Source: Nitrospinales bacterium
GTDB lineage: Bacteria > Nitrospinota > Nitrospinia > Nitrospinales > VA-1
DNA length: 64,000 nucleotides
Assembly: GCA_965223345.1 (NCBI GenBank)
Contig: CBDCWG010000012.1
Coordinates: 1,344,001 to 1,408,000, forward strand
Reading direction: 5' to 3'
This document shows, piece by piece, positions 30,285 to 39,891 of the stretch (its first letter is position 1; each line of letters begins with the position of its first letter). Below the pieces are notes generated by a model. The model saw only the letters and a program-made list of their open reading frames with translations. It did no database searches and was not told the origin of the DNA. A program made the position numbers and the translations under genes.

Positions 30285-32132
30285 TTATCGACTTTTCAAG
30301 TCGTAGCTGAAAACGGTGCTGCGGGTATTACCGAACACCCCTTCTTTCACGACGGTTGCCACATGAACCTTCTTATCGGAATTCCCCCGCATGTTCATGA
30401 CTTGGTAGGCTGCGAGGTATCCCTTTTGTTTTTTGGTCTCGAAAGCCTTTTCAAGACCTTCCGCCGTGACCTTTAAAACCACGATGCTGCTGTTCTCGAT
30501 GACGACAGCTCTAGCGAGCCATTCCCCGCCGACTCGATGATTGCGCGGCAGCAGAAGGAATTGATTCTCTCCTGCCTGGACGAACTCCAATCTGCCTTTA
30601 AAATGAACGGGTTCGCCTTGTACTACGACCCCTGCGACGTCTTCTGTGACGCCCACGTCGATCTGCCTGGGATCATGGCCATAATAATCATTTGATTTTA
30701 CTAGCAATCGGCCGCTCGCAGAATATACCCGTAAATGGTAGTCAGTGTCAAGGACAATTGTGTCCGTACGGCCGTCCTGTGTCACGTCCGTCTGCGTCAA
30801 TCCATACACGATGAATTCGGTGCCGCGTATGCTCGGTACGTCGAGTTGTTTGCCTTCACGGTATTCATTGTTTTTAAACTCGATCCATCTTATCGGCCCA
30901 TGAAACGGATCCTGGAATCCGGGGCTTTGCGCCATGAGCCGGCTGCCCCCGCCGGGAGGGTGAATGATGCGGAAATAAAAATTCACATCCTTCCAGATTT
31001 TTTGCGGCTTCTTGCTACCGGGAACGAATTCAAGCGCAAAGGACTCGAGCCGGTTGTCCATCTGATTGGTGACGAAGATCTCCTCCCTGCCGTTGCCGTT
31101 GATGTCGCCCACATCCACCGCCAGGAACCAGTTGATGCCTTCTTTGGTTTTGATCTGGCCGATGCGTTTCAACTGGTTGTTGCGGAATTGAAAGATCAGG
31201 ACCCGGTGGCGGTCGATGATGATGACTTCCTCTTCGCCGTCGCCGTTGATGTCGCCGACGTCGAGATCGACGACCTCGAACGGCAGCTCGTGCTTGCCGA
31301 TGTAATTCAACAACCCGTCCGGTGTGGCGAAGCTCGACTGCACCTCCTGCTCCCGTTGCTGTTTTTTTGAGACCTGCGGAGCGGGCTTAGGCAGCGGACC
31401 GGTGAGGACGCTGCTGCGTTTTTTCAGAGATCCGTCCTCGGCGGAAAACAACTGATAGTTCAACGCGGTTTTCCCTTTCACGGTCCGCAGGGTCGGCACG
31501 AGGATGAAATCCGCCTTCACCTGCGTGCGCAGGCGGCGCAGTCCTTCGGCTTGCATGAGGGATTTTGCCTGGATGCCGTTTTCCAGCATCCACAGTTCCA
31601 GGTCGAAAGCGGGGATCTCAAAGCGCGGATGTTGTTTGAACCGTTGTTCGAGGTTCCATTTCAAACGGCCGGCGCCGGTTTTCTGTTTTGATTTCGTCTG
31701 GGGCGGCGCGATGAGAAGCACGATTTTTTTGAACCGGCTGCGCACGCCGTCGCCGGGGCGCACCGTGTCTTTGAGTTTCACGCCGCGGGCCAGGGAGAAA
31801 TCCTTGCGCACATCGATGATCTCGACGATGCCGAGATCGGTTTCCCGGCGTCCCACTTTCTTTTTGGTGACCGGGTGGACGATCTCTTCGCCGTAACGGA
31901 TCAGGTTCAGTTTGTCTCCGGTCTGAATGGGCTGCCCTTGTTTGAGATCGAGGGTGAGCGTGTTTTTTTCGACCGAAAGGACGTATCCCTCGACTTCGGG
32001 AACCAACTCGTCGATCTGGGCCACGATTTTACCCAGCCCGGTGGTCGGGGTTCCCTGCTGGGCCAGCGCGAGTGGGCCGGGTAAAAGAAACAGACAGAAA
32101 AGAATGAGCAGCTTCGGTCTCAATGTCACCAA
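30285..32132 (-). CDS. Exported FG-GAP/VCBS-repeat protein with FlgT-like N-terminal region
   Basis: Signal peptide; DVGDINGDG, DVGDINGNG and DVTQDG motifs. Confidence 0.7.
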   Translation of the reverse strand: MVTLRPKLLILFCLFLLPGPLALAQQGTPTTGLGKIVAQIDELVPEVEGYVLSVEKNTLTLDLKQGQPIQTGDKLNLIRYGEEIVHPVTKKKVGRRETDLGIVEIIDVRKDFSLARGVKLKDTVRPGDGVRSRFKKIVLLIAPPQTKSKQKTGAGRLKWNLEQRFKQHPRFEIPAFDLELWMLENGIQAKSLMQAEGLRRLRTQVKADFILVPTLRTVKGKTALNYQLFSAEDGSLKKRSSVLTGPLPKPAPQVSKKQQREQEVQSSFATPDGLLNYIGKHELPFEVVDLDVGDINGDGEEEVIIIDRHRVLIFQFRNNQLKRIGQIKTKEGINWFLAVDVGDINGNGREEIFVTNQMDNRLESFALEFVPGSKKPQKIWKDVNFYFRIIHPPGGGSRLMAQSPGFQDPFHGPIRWIEFKNNEYREGKQLDVPSIRGTEFIVYGLTQTDVTQDGRTDTIVLDTDYHLRVYSASGRLLVKSNDYYGHDPRQIDVGVTEDVAGVVVQGEPVHFKGRLEFVQAGENQFLLLPRNHRVGGEWLARAVVIENSSIVVLKVTAEGLEKAFETKKQKGYLAAYQVMNMRGNSDKKVHVATVVKEGVFGNTRSTVFSYDLKSR

Positions 32133-32143
32133 AGGCGGGTTTC

Positions 32144-33355
32144 CTATTTTAGTAGTTGGACGGTCACGGTGGTCCCTTCTTCAAGGGTATCGGCTTCGAG
32201 CGGGAAAACCAAAAGGCCGTTGGCGTGTACGGTGGATTTGAGCACGCCCGATCCCTGCTCTTCAGCGGGCGCAACGTGGTATCCGTTTTCGTCCCAGGAC
32301 ACGATGGAACTCAGAAAATGCAGGCGTCCCGGTTTTTTGTGGATCGTGCGTTTGAGCCGGGCGCGCACCGTTTGCGGGAACAATTCGGAACAACCGAGAA
32401 TCTTGCGGATCGAAGGCCGCACGAACTGCTCGAACGACACGAAGGAGGAAACGGGGTTGCCGGGCAGCCCGAATATGGGCGTCTCGCCGATGCGGCCGAA
32501 CGCGAGCGGCTTGCCGGGCTTCATGGCCACTTTCCAGAACAGCATTTCCTGCCCGAGTTTTTTCAGGCTGGCTTTCACGAGATCGTAATCGCCGACCGAC
32601 ACGCCGCCGGAAGAGACGACGCAATCGCACTCGAGCGCCCAGTTGAATTTTTCCAGCAGGTCTTCTTCCGTGTCCTTGGCGATGCCCAGATACACCGGCA
32701 GGCCGCCTGCGGAGCGGATCTGTGCGGACAGCATGTGGCCGTTGCTGTTGTAGATGCAGGGGCCGGTCGCGGTTTCGTCGAGTTCGAGGATTTCATCGCC
32801 GGTGGACAGGATCGCGATGCGCGGCCGCTGGCTGACGTAAATCTGCGAACGCCCGACCACCGCCATCATGCCTATCTGGGCGGGTGTGATATCGACGCCT
32901 TTGGGCACCACCACTTCACCTTCGCGCACGTCCTCGCCGGCTTCGCGGATGTTTTCCCCGACCTCGGCTCTGTCCTTGACGAGGACGGAATCGCCGTTGC
33001 GTTCGGTGTCCTCCTGCATGATCACCGCGTCCGCCCCTTTGGGGATGGGCGCGCCGGTCATGATGCGGAACGCCTCACCCGGTTTCAAGGTGACGTCGGT
33101 CTGGTGGCCGGCGGCGATCTCCTCGCCGAGCTTCAGGCGCACGGGATTTTCCGGCGTGGCGCTTGCGATGTCCTTGGCGATGAGCGCGTAGCCGTCCATG
33201 GCGGAGTTGTCGAGCGGCGGGTTGTTGCGGCGCGCCACGATGTCTTCCGCCAGCACCCGGCCGAGCGCTTCCTCGACGGGGACTTTTTCGACGCCCTTGA
33301 ATTTGATTTTCGCGAGGATGGTCTCGCGCGCTTCGTCAACAGTGATCATGCTCAT
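32144..33355 (-). CDS. moeA: Molybdopterin molybdotransferase
   Basis: GRVLA, SAMDGYA, IMTGA, STGDE, SGGVSVG, KPGKP and LPGNP motifs. Confidence 0.95.
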   Translation of the reverse strand: MSMITVDEARETILAKIKFKGVEKVPVEEALGRVLAEDIVARRNNPPLDNSAMDGYALIAKDIASATPENPVRLKLGEEIAAGHQTDVTLKPGEAFRIMTGAPIPKGADAVIMQEDTERNGDSVLVKDRAEVGENIREAGEDVREGEVVVPKGVDITPAQIGMMAVVGRSQIYVSQRPRIAILSTGDEILELDETATGPCIYNSNGHMLSAQIRSAGGLPVYLGIAKDTEEDLLEKFNWALECDCVVSSGGVSVGDYDLVKASLKKLGQEMLFWKVAMKPGKPLAFGRIGETPIFGLPGNPVSSFVSFEQFVRPSIRKILGCSELFPQTVRARLKRTIHKKPGRLHFLSSIVSWDENGYHVAPAEEQGSGVLKSTVHANGLLVFPLEADTLEEGTTVTVQLLK

Positions 33356-34485
33356 GGCGTTTCGTTTTCCTTCTCCCGCTTGGCGCGGGCGACTTCATAC
33401 TCCTCGGGAGTGTTGATGTTCATGAAATTGTGCCGGTCCGCTTCGGCAATCTTCACCTGCTTGAACGGCAGGTCGCTGATGATGCGCGTCAGCGACAGTT
33501 CCCGGCGCGACATCGCTTCGTATAAAGGAAGGATGAATTTGGGTTCGTAAATCGCGCACATCGGTTCGAAGCCGATCCGCCCTTTCTGCAGGTAGCAGGT
33601 GCCGAAGCGCAAAGGGTCTCTCTCTTCGATGATGGTCTCGAAATTTTTTTCTTTGATGAACGGCATGTCGCAGGCGGTGATCATCCAGGCCTTGTCCGGA
33701 TGGCGTGACATGAGCGTGGCCAGCCCGCCCACCGGTCCCAGGCCGATGTGATCGTCGTTGATCCGTTCGGTGCCGTCGAGGTTCGCCAGCGGGCCCATGT
33801 CCAGGTCGGAGCGCGAGGACAGGTAGACGGTTTCGCAGAACCGCTTGAGCACCTTGACGAGGCGTTCGGTTTCCGAGACGCCGTTGTAGGAAAGCGAAAA
33901 TTTGGGTTTGCCCATGCGCTTGCTCTGCCCGCCGACGAACACGGCGCCGTAAAGGCCGCTCGCCTGACTCTTGAAATGGGCGCGCACGAATTGGTAGATC
34001 GCATCCAGATCGTCGCGGTGAAACCGCGGCACGTCGAGGTCTCCGACGGCGGTTTCGTCCACCGTTCCCTGATGCACGACGGCTTTGATGCCGGCCGTAT
34101 CCTTGGAAATAGGGAGCGCGCCTTCGGCATCGAGAAACACCACTTTATCGAAGGGGGACTGCTTGTAGCCTTCGATGAGGATGCAGTCGCATTGCTCCAG
34201 AGCGTGGGTGATGGTGCGTTTTTTGAAGGTGTTGTCGCCGACGACGGCGAAGTGGCTGGGATCGTTGATGGTGATGATTCCGGCGCCGGCGTGTTGCGCC
34301 CGTTGCGTGTCTTTGCCTTCCTTGTCCATCGTGAAGCGGTGGGCGTCGTGCTTGTAATAGCCCACGCGGAAATCCTCCTCGCTGAATTGTTTGATCAGCC
34401 GCTCCAGCAGGGTGGTTTTCCCCACGCCCGAGAAACCGGCGAAGCAGAGAAAAGGGGTTTTGAATTGTTCCCAATATCGGTCCAT
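33352..34485 (-). CDS. mobBA: MobB-MobA fusion (molybdopterin guanine dinucleotide biosynthesis)
   Basis: N-terminal GFSGVGKTT, KH and EGYK (MobB); C-terminal GGQSKRMG, GP..GL, ACDMP and NINTPEE (MobA). Confidence 0.88.
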   Translation of the reverse strand: MDRYWEQFKTPFLCFAGFSGVGKTTLLERLIKQFSEEDFRVGYYKHDAHRFTMDKEGKDTQRAQHAGAGIITINDPSHFAVVGDNTFKKRTITHALEQCDCILIEGYKQSPFDKVVFLDAEGALPISKDTAGIKAVVHQGTVDETAVGDLDVPRFHRDDLDAIYQFVRAHFKSQASGLYGAVFVGGQSKRMGKPKFSLSYNGVSETERLVKVLKRFCETVYLSSRSDLDMGPLANLDGTERINDDHIGLGPVGGLATLMSRHPDKAWMITACDMPFIKEKNFETIIEERDPLRFGTCYLQKGRIGFEPMCAIYEPKFILPLYEAMSRRELSLTRIISDLPFKQVKIAEADRHNFMNINTPEEYEVARAKREKENETP

Positions 34486-34584
34486 GCGGCAACAGGTTGA
34501 AAACGCTTCATTCCGTGGCCTGGGAAGCGTTTTCGGCTGGAAGATCAAAGCCTTGTAAATATCTAAAAAATGGTGGCTTAGGTT

Positions 34585-34613
34585 ATTATTGATGATCTTC
34601 AGACCCCTGTCAA
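34585..34613 (-). promoter_or_regulatory. Sigma-70 promoter of the mobBA-moeA operon
   Basis: TTGACA-N17-AATAAT on minus strand. Confidence 0.6.
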
Positions 34614-34708
34614 GCCTGGAGTTGGGCGTGTTTCATCTGTGTTTTTGCAATAGCGTCTGCAACAGTGCACGGGATGCGTTTCGTCGCATTATTTGCGGTG
34701 ATGACCGG

Positions 34709-34721
34709 TAAGTCCTTGATT
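34709..34721. promoter_or_regulatory. IHF binding site upstream of nirK
   Basis: Reverse complement AATCAAGGACTTA matches WATCAANNNNTTR exactly. Confidence 0.65.
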
Positions 34722-34750
34722 TTAATGAGTGCGCGTTTGGGCCGGGCTGC

Positions 34751-34765
34751 CGGTACGAAACTTGT
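34751..34765 (+). promoter_or_regulatory. Sigma-54 (-24/-12) promoter of nirK
   Basis: CGGTACGAAACTTGT versus consensus TGGCACG-N4-TTGC; about 30 bp downstream of the IHF site. Confidence 0.6.
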
Positions 34766-34850
34766 AATGCTTTTGCCAGTTGCAGCGTGTCTGCATTTTT
34801 TTCACACTTCTGCATTCCCTTCACGGATAAATACACAAAGGAGAGCATTG

Positions 34851-35855
34851 ATGAAACGAACGGGTATTGGAAAATGGATGAGCGGGACCCTGGTATCGGC
34901 GGCGCTGGTTTTTTCCGCGGCCGCCATCGCAACGGCGGCGGAAAAGGCACAGTTGACCACCGCGCCTCAGGTTCCGGCTCCGATCAAACGGACTTCCCCC
35001 ACCAAGGTGGTGGTGAATTTTGAAGCCAAGGAATACGTGGGCGAACTGGCGGATGGCAAACAGTATAAATTCTGGAGCTTCAACGGCACGGTGCCCGGCC
35101 CGATGGTGCGGGTGCGGCAGGGCGACACGGTGGAGTTTCATCTTTCCAATCACAAGGACAGTCAGTTCCCGCACAACATCGACATCCACGCGGTGAACGG
35201 GCCGGGCGGCGGCGCGGCCGTCAACCTGGTGGCGCCGGGCGAAGAGAAGGTGTTCGAGTTCAAGGCGCTGAATCCCGGATTGTATATCTATCATTGCGCC
35301 TCGCCGGCGCCCAGCATTCCCGCGCACATCGCCAACGGCATGTACGGCCTGATGCTGGTGGAGCCGGAAAAGGGCATGGCCAAGGTGGACCGCGAGTTCT
35401 ATGTGTTTGAAAGCGAGTTTTTCACGAAGCCTTCGGACAAAAAGGACGTGCTCGAGCTCTCTATGGAGAAGGGCTTGAACGAGCACCCCGACTACGTGGT
35501 TTTCAACGGCAAGGGCGGCGCTCTGATGGGCGACAACGTGCTGGAAGCCAAGGTGGGAGACACGGTGCGCATTTACTTCGGCAACATCGGCCCCAACGGC
35601 ATTTCTTCATTCCACATCATCGGCGAAATTTTCGACCGCGTGCACGAGGAAGGGTCGCTGGAAGGCACGGTGAACCGCAACGTGCAGACCACGCTGGTGC
35701 CCTCGGCGGGTTCGACGATCGTCGAGTTCACCATCGACGTTCCGGGCGACTACATCCTGGTGGATCACAGCATCTTCCGGGTCGCCAAGGGCGCGATCGG
35801 CATCCTGTCCGCCAAGGGCAAGGAAAACCCGAAGGTGTTCCGGTCGGTGAAGTAA
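34851..35855 (+). CDS. nirK: Copper-containing nitrite reductase
   Basis: Signal peptide; HNIDIH, YHC, HIANGM, SSFHIIG and VDH copper-ligand motifs; AAGGAG RBS. Confidence 0.93.
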   Translation: MKRTGIGKWMSGTLVSAALVFSAAAIATAAEKAQLTTAPQVPAPIKRTSPTKVVVNFEAKEYVGELADGKQYKFWSFNGTVPGPMVRVRQGDTVEFHLSNHKDSQFPHNIDIHAVNGPGGGAAVNLVAPGEEKVFEFKALNPGLYIYHCASPAPSIPAHIANGMYGLMLVEPEKGMAKVDREFYVFESEFFTKPSDKKDVLELSMEKGLNEHPDYVVFNGKGGALMGDNVLEAKVGDTVRIYFGNIGPNGISSFHIIGEIFDRVHEEGSLEGTVNRNVQTTLVPSAGSTIVEFTIDVPGDYILVDHSIFRVAKGAIGILSAKGKENPKVFRSVK

Positions 35856-35890
35856 AACGTCGGGATGCGTGGCTTCTCTGTGATGGGAAG

Positions 35891-37213
35891 TCACGCATCC
35901 AGATTGAAGGCTTTCATTTTGCGCCACAGCGTGATGCGGTGCACGTTCAATAGCTGGGCGGCCTGGGTCTGGTTGTGCCCGGTTTTCTGCAGCGCCGCTT
36001 CCACCTTTTCGCGCGTGAGCACGGTGCGTTTGCGGCGCACTTTGCGGACGCGCGCCGAAGCGACGAATGCGGGGAGGTCTTTCAGTTCGATGTGCTTGCC
36101 GGTGCACTTCACGCAGGCGTGTTCCAGCGCGTTTTCCAGTTCGCGCACGTTGCCCGGCCAGTCGTAATCCATCAGGCTCCCCAGCGCTTCGTAGGTGACC
36201 GATTCGATCGCCTTTTCGTTTTCGCCGGTCCACTTCTGAATGAAATAGTCCGCCAGCAGCGGGATGTCGTCCTTGCGCGTGCGCAGAGCGGGCAATTGAA
36301 TGGGCACGACGTTGAGCCGGTAGTACAGATCCTGGCGGAACCGTCCGGTGCGGATCTCTTCCATCAGGTCCTTGTGCGTGGCGGCGAGAATGCGGATGTC
36401 CACCTTGCGCGTTTTGTTTTCCCCCACCCTTTGGATTTCCTTTTCCTGCAGCACGCGCAGCAGCTTCACCTGCACCTGCGGGCTCAGGTCGCCCACCTCG
36501 TCTAAGAACACCGTTCCGCCGCAGCCTTCCTCGAAGCGTCCCATGCGCTCCTGCACCGCGCCGGTGAACGCGCCTTTGACGTGTCCGAACAGTTCGCTCT
36601 CCAGCAGGCTCTCTGAAAACGAGGAGCAGTGAACGGCGATCAGTTTTTTGCGGGCGCGCGGGCTTTCGTGATGGATGGCTTTGGCGACCAGCTCCTTGCC
36701 GGTGCCGCTCTCTCCCTGAATCAGCACCGTGGTGTCGAATTGCGCGATGTTGGCGATCGACTGAAACAACTCCTGCATGTGATGGTTTTTTCCCACGATA
36801 TTCTGGAACGTGTGGATGTTGCGGATCTTTTCCTTGAGGCGGGCGATCTCCGTCGTGTCGGTGAGCGCCACCAGCACTTCCACTCTGCCGTTCGCGTCGC
36901 GCTTGAGAAGACCGGCTTGAAACCGCCCCTGCCTGCGGACCCCGTCGCGCCGCATGAACGGCGATTCGAACTGCACCCGGTTTTCGGAGACGCCGTTTTT
37001 GACGGTCTGGCACAGCGCGCAGTTGTTGAGGCACAGGCTTTTGTCGAACAGGGTGACGCATTCTTTGCCGATCACCTCGTCTTTCGTGAAGCCGGTGATT
37101 TTTTCAGCGGCGGAATTGAAATGGCGGATCTTCATGCTCTCGTCGTAGACGAACACCGCTTCGTTCAGCGTGTCTATCAGGTTGTCCATGTAGGGGATGG
37201 CGTCGGGTTTCAC
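35891..37213 (-). CDS. PAS-domain sigma-54-dependent Fis-family transcriptional activator
   Basis: N-terminal PAS; GESGTGKE, ESELFGH, GAFTGA, FLDE and WPGNVRELEN motifs; C-terminal HTH. Confidence 0.93.
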   Translation of the reverse strand: MKPDAIPYMDNLIDTLNEAVFVYDESMKIRHFNSAAEKITGFTKDEVIGKECVTLFDKSLCLNNCALCQTVKNGVSENRVQFESPFMRRDGVRRQGRFQAGLLKRDANGRVEVLVALTDTTEIARLKEKIRNIHTFQNIVGKNHHMQELFQSIANIAQFDTTVLIQGESGTGKELVAKAIHHESPRARKKLIAVHCSSFSESLLESELFGHVKGAFTGAVQERMGRFEEGCGGTVFLDEVGDLSPQVQVKLLRVLQEKEIQRVGENKTRKVDIRILAATHKDLMEEIRTGRFRQDLYYRLNVVPIQLPALRTRKDDIPLLADYFIQKWTGENEKAIESVTYEALGSLMDYDWPGNVRELENALEHACVKCTGKHIELKDLPAFVASARVRKVRRKRTVLTREKVEAALQKTGHNQTQAAQLLNVHRITLWRKMKAFNLDA

Positions 37214-37250
37214 CGGGGTCTCTCCGTTCGTGCGTGAGTGGATGCGTCTC

Positions 37251-37295
37251 TGTTGTAGATTAAAATGGCAACTGTTGCAACTGTATTTTGCAACA
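37251..37295. promoter_or_regulatory. Tandem palindromic operator-like sites upstream of the sigma-54 activator gene
   Basis: TGTTGTA-N9-GGCAACT followed by the perfect TGTTGCA-N9-TGCAACA. Confidence 0.5.
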
Positions 37296-37511
37296 CCGGC
37301 TCCCGGTCTGGGGTTGCCCGCAAAACAGCAGCATTTTGAGGGCTTTCTTGTATTGCCCCCGCCCGTTCAGTACAATCGGATTACAGAAAACGAGGGTGTG
37401 CCCCGATCGATCCCGAGCCGGATGGGTCCGCGCGCCAGCCCGAAGACCGCCCCACCCAAGCGCGATGGGGGTTCCATCTCCTGCAAAAACAAGGGGTCAC
37501 CTGCCATCGAG

Positions 37512-39683
37512 ATGAAAACCGACTCTCCCGATAAACGCTTCCCGGCCGCGCGCTGGGTTCCCGTTCTGCTCATCCTGGTGGTCGTCGCCGCCTACTGGGG
37601 CGCGCTGGAAAACCAGTTCGTCAACTGGGACGATCACGAATACGTCTACGACAATCCCAAAATCCGATCGTTGTCGGCCGATCACCTGGCCGCCATGTTC
37701 ACGGAGTTTCGCGCCGGCAACTGGCATCCCTTGACCTGGCTGTCGCACGCGGTGGATCACCGGTGGTACGGGCTCAACCCCTGGGGGCACCATCTGACCA
37801 ATGTGATTCTGCACGCCCTCAACACCTGCCTGGTGTTTTTTCTTTTCATCCAACTGGTGCACTGCGCATCCGCAACCGTCCCCTTTTCGGCGGCGCGGCT
37901 GGTGAGCGGAGTGTTTGCGGCGCTTTTTTTCGCGTTGCATCCCTTAAGGGTGGAATCGGTCGCCTGGGTGTCCGAACGCAAGGATCTGTTGTGCGCGCTG
38001 TTTTTTCTTTTGGCGCTGCTTTTTTATCTTGCCCACCGGCGCACCGAGCGCCCGGCGGACGAACACTGGCGATACTTCGCGGCGCTTGTGTGTTTCGCTC
38101 TGGCGCTGATGTCGAAACCGATGGCGGTCACGCTGCCTGTCGTGCTGTTGCTCCTGGATGTGTGGCCCTTGAACCGCCTGCAGAGAGGCGAGCCTTTTCG
38201 GCGGGTGCTGGCGGAAAAGCTGCCGTTTTTTCTTTTGAGCGGCGTGTCGGCGGTGCTCACGGTGTGGGCGCAGCGCGCCGGCGAAGCGGTGCGCACGTTT
38301 GCGGATTTTTCTTTGTGGGAACGCTGTGTCAATGCGTTGAACAGCCTGTCGTTTTATCTGGAGCAGACGCTGTGGCCCGCGCGTCTGGTGCCGTTCTATC
38401 CTTTCGCCAAGGACCTTTCATACTCGCGCATCGGGGTGTCGCTGGCGGTGGTGCTGGGAATCAGCGTGCTGTGCGCCGTTCTCTGGCGCAAAGGGCATCG
38501 CCTGTTCGGCATCGCCTGGATGTACTACTTGGTGACGCTGTCGCCGGTGCTGGGGATCGTGCAGGTGGGCGGCCAGGCCGCGGCGGACCGCTACACCTAT
38601 CTGCCGGGGCTGAGCCTTTGCTTTTTGCTGGGTGCGGGGGTGATCGGCCTGTGGCGGTGGAAACCCGAAGCGCTTTTTAAAAACCCGGTCAAAGGCGGCG
38701 TGCTCGCGGTTATTGCGGCGGTGCTGGTGTCGCTGGGCGTTCTCACCGTCAAGCAGATTCCGGTGTGGGAGAACGGGGAGACACTGTGGAGCGCGGTCAT
38801 CGACGCGTTTCCGCAACGGGCGGCGCTCGCTCACATCAACCTGGGGACCTATTACCTGTCCGAGGAAAAACTGGCCGAAGCGGAAACCGAGTTTCGGGCG
38901 GTGATCGCCCGTCATCCCGATTTTGCCGGCGCGCACCAGAACCTGGGACTGGTGCACGTCAAACAGGAGCGTTTCGAAGACGCGCGCAAGGCCTACGAGG
39001 TGGCGCTTGCCATCGATCCGGATCTTCCGGACGTGCGCATTCAACTGGGGGCCCTGTATACCAAAGCGGGACGACTGGGACTGGCCGAGGAGGAATTTCT
39101 CAAAGTACTCCAGGCCGATCCCCAGTCGTCGGAGGCGCACCACCAGCTGGGGGTGGTCTATTTCCGCAGCAACCGCATTGCCGATGCGGAGGCGGCCTAC
39201 CGGAACGCGTTGCAGATCGATCCGGATAATCTGGAAGCGCGCAACAACCTGGGTATCCTGTACTACGAAACCCGCAAGCTGGATCTGGCCGAGGTGGAGT
39301 TCAAAAAGGTCATCCAGAAAGATCCCGGCAACCTGGAAGCGCGCAACAACCTGGGCGTTCTGTATTACGACGCGAAACGCATCGGTGAAGCGGAAGAGCA
39401 GCTCAAAAAGGTGCTCGCCATCAACCCGGATCGCGCCGACACGCATTTTTACCTCGGCATCGTGTACCTGATCCAGGACAAGAGCGAGGAAGCGTCGCAG
39501 CAATTGTTGCGGTCTCTGGAGGAAGATCCGAAAAACGCCGAAGCGCATCATTACCTGGGAATCGTCTACGGCAAACGCGGCCTGCTGGACAAGGCGGAAA
39601 AGGAATTTGAAGCGGCGCTCAAGGTCGATCCGAACCACGCCACCGCCAAGGCCAACCTGGAAAAAATCCGGGCGATCCGATGA
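37512..39683 (+). CDS. TMTC-like membrane protein (GT-C-like N-terminus plus about 8 TPR repeats)
   Basis: WDD, WHPLT, HPLRVESVAW, SERKD, SKP and ADRYTYLP motifs; TPRs such as ARNNLG. Confidence 0.85.
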   Translation: MKTDSPDKRFPAARWVPVLLILVVVAAYWGALENQFVNWDDHEYVYDNPKIRSLSADHLAAMFTEFRAGNWHPLTWLSHAVDHRWYGLNPWGHHLTNVILHALNTCLVFFLFIQLVHCASATVPFSAARLVSGVFAALFFALHPLRVESVAWVSERKDLLCALFFLLALLFYLAHRRTERPADEHWRYFAALVCFALALMSKPMAVTLPVVLLLLDVWPLNRLQRGEPFRRVLAEKLPFFLLSGVSAVLTVWAQRAGEAVRTFADFSLWERCVNALNSLSFYLEQTLWPARLVPFYPFAKDLSYSRIGVSLAVVLGISVLCAVLWRKGHRLFGIAWMYYLVTLSPVLGIVQVGGQAAADRYTYLPGLSLCFLLGAGVIGLWRWKPEALFKNPVKGGVLAVIAAVLVSLGVLTVKQIPVWENGETLWSAVIDAFPQRAALAHINLGTYYLSEEKLAEAETEFRAVIARHPDFAGAHQNLGLVHVKQERFEDARKAYEVALAIDPDLPDVRIQLGALYTKAGRLGLAEEEFLKVLQADPQSSEAHHQLGVVYFRSNRIADAEAAYRNALQIDPDNLEARNNLGILYYETRKLDLAEVEFKKVIQKDPGNLEARNNLGVLYYDAKRIGEAEEQLKKVLAINPDRADTHFYLGIVYLIQDKSEEASQQLLRSLEEDPKNAEAHHYLGIVYGKRGLLDKAEKEFEAALKVDPNHATAKANLEKIRAIR

Positions 39684-39751
39684 TGTTCCGCGGCGATGCA
39701 GCCCGCTCGCGTCGCACCCAAGCGCGGCCGTTCGTCTGCGTAAACGCCAGT

Positions 39752-39780
39752 TTGACAATCGATTTTCGATTTTCTAGAAT
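39752..39780 (+). promoter_or_regulatory. Sigma-70 promoter of the cyclophilin pair
   Basis: TTGACA-N17-TAGAAT. Confidence 0.7.
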
Positions 39781-39891
39781 GATCGTTTCCTGATAAAACA
39801 AGTTGTGAAGGCGGCGGGTTCCCTGCCGGGGCGGGCGCTCCGTGGGTCCCATCGCTTCTTACATAAAACAACCTACACCGATGGAGGAAAA

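Noticed and set aside
39231..39355. 23-bp direct repeat CTGGAAGCGCGCAACAACCTGGG as a possible CRISPR
   Set aside because: Only two copies, 102 bp apart and in frame; this is a duplicated 34-aa TPR unit
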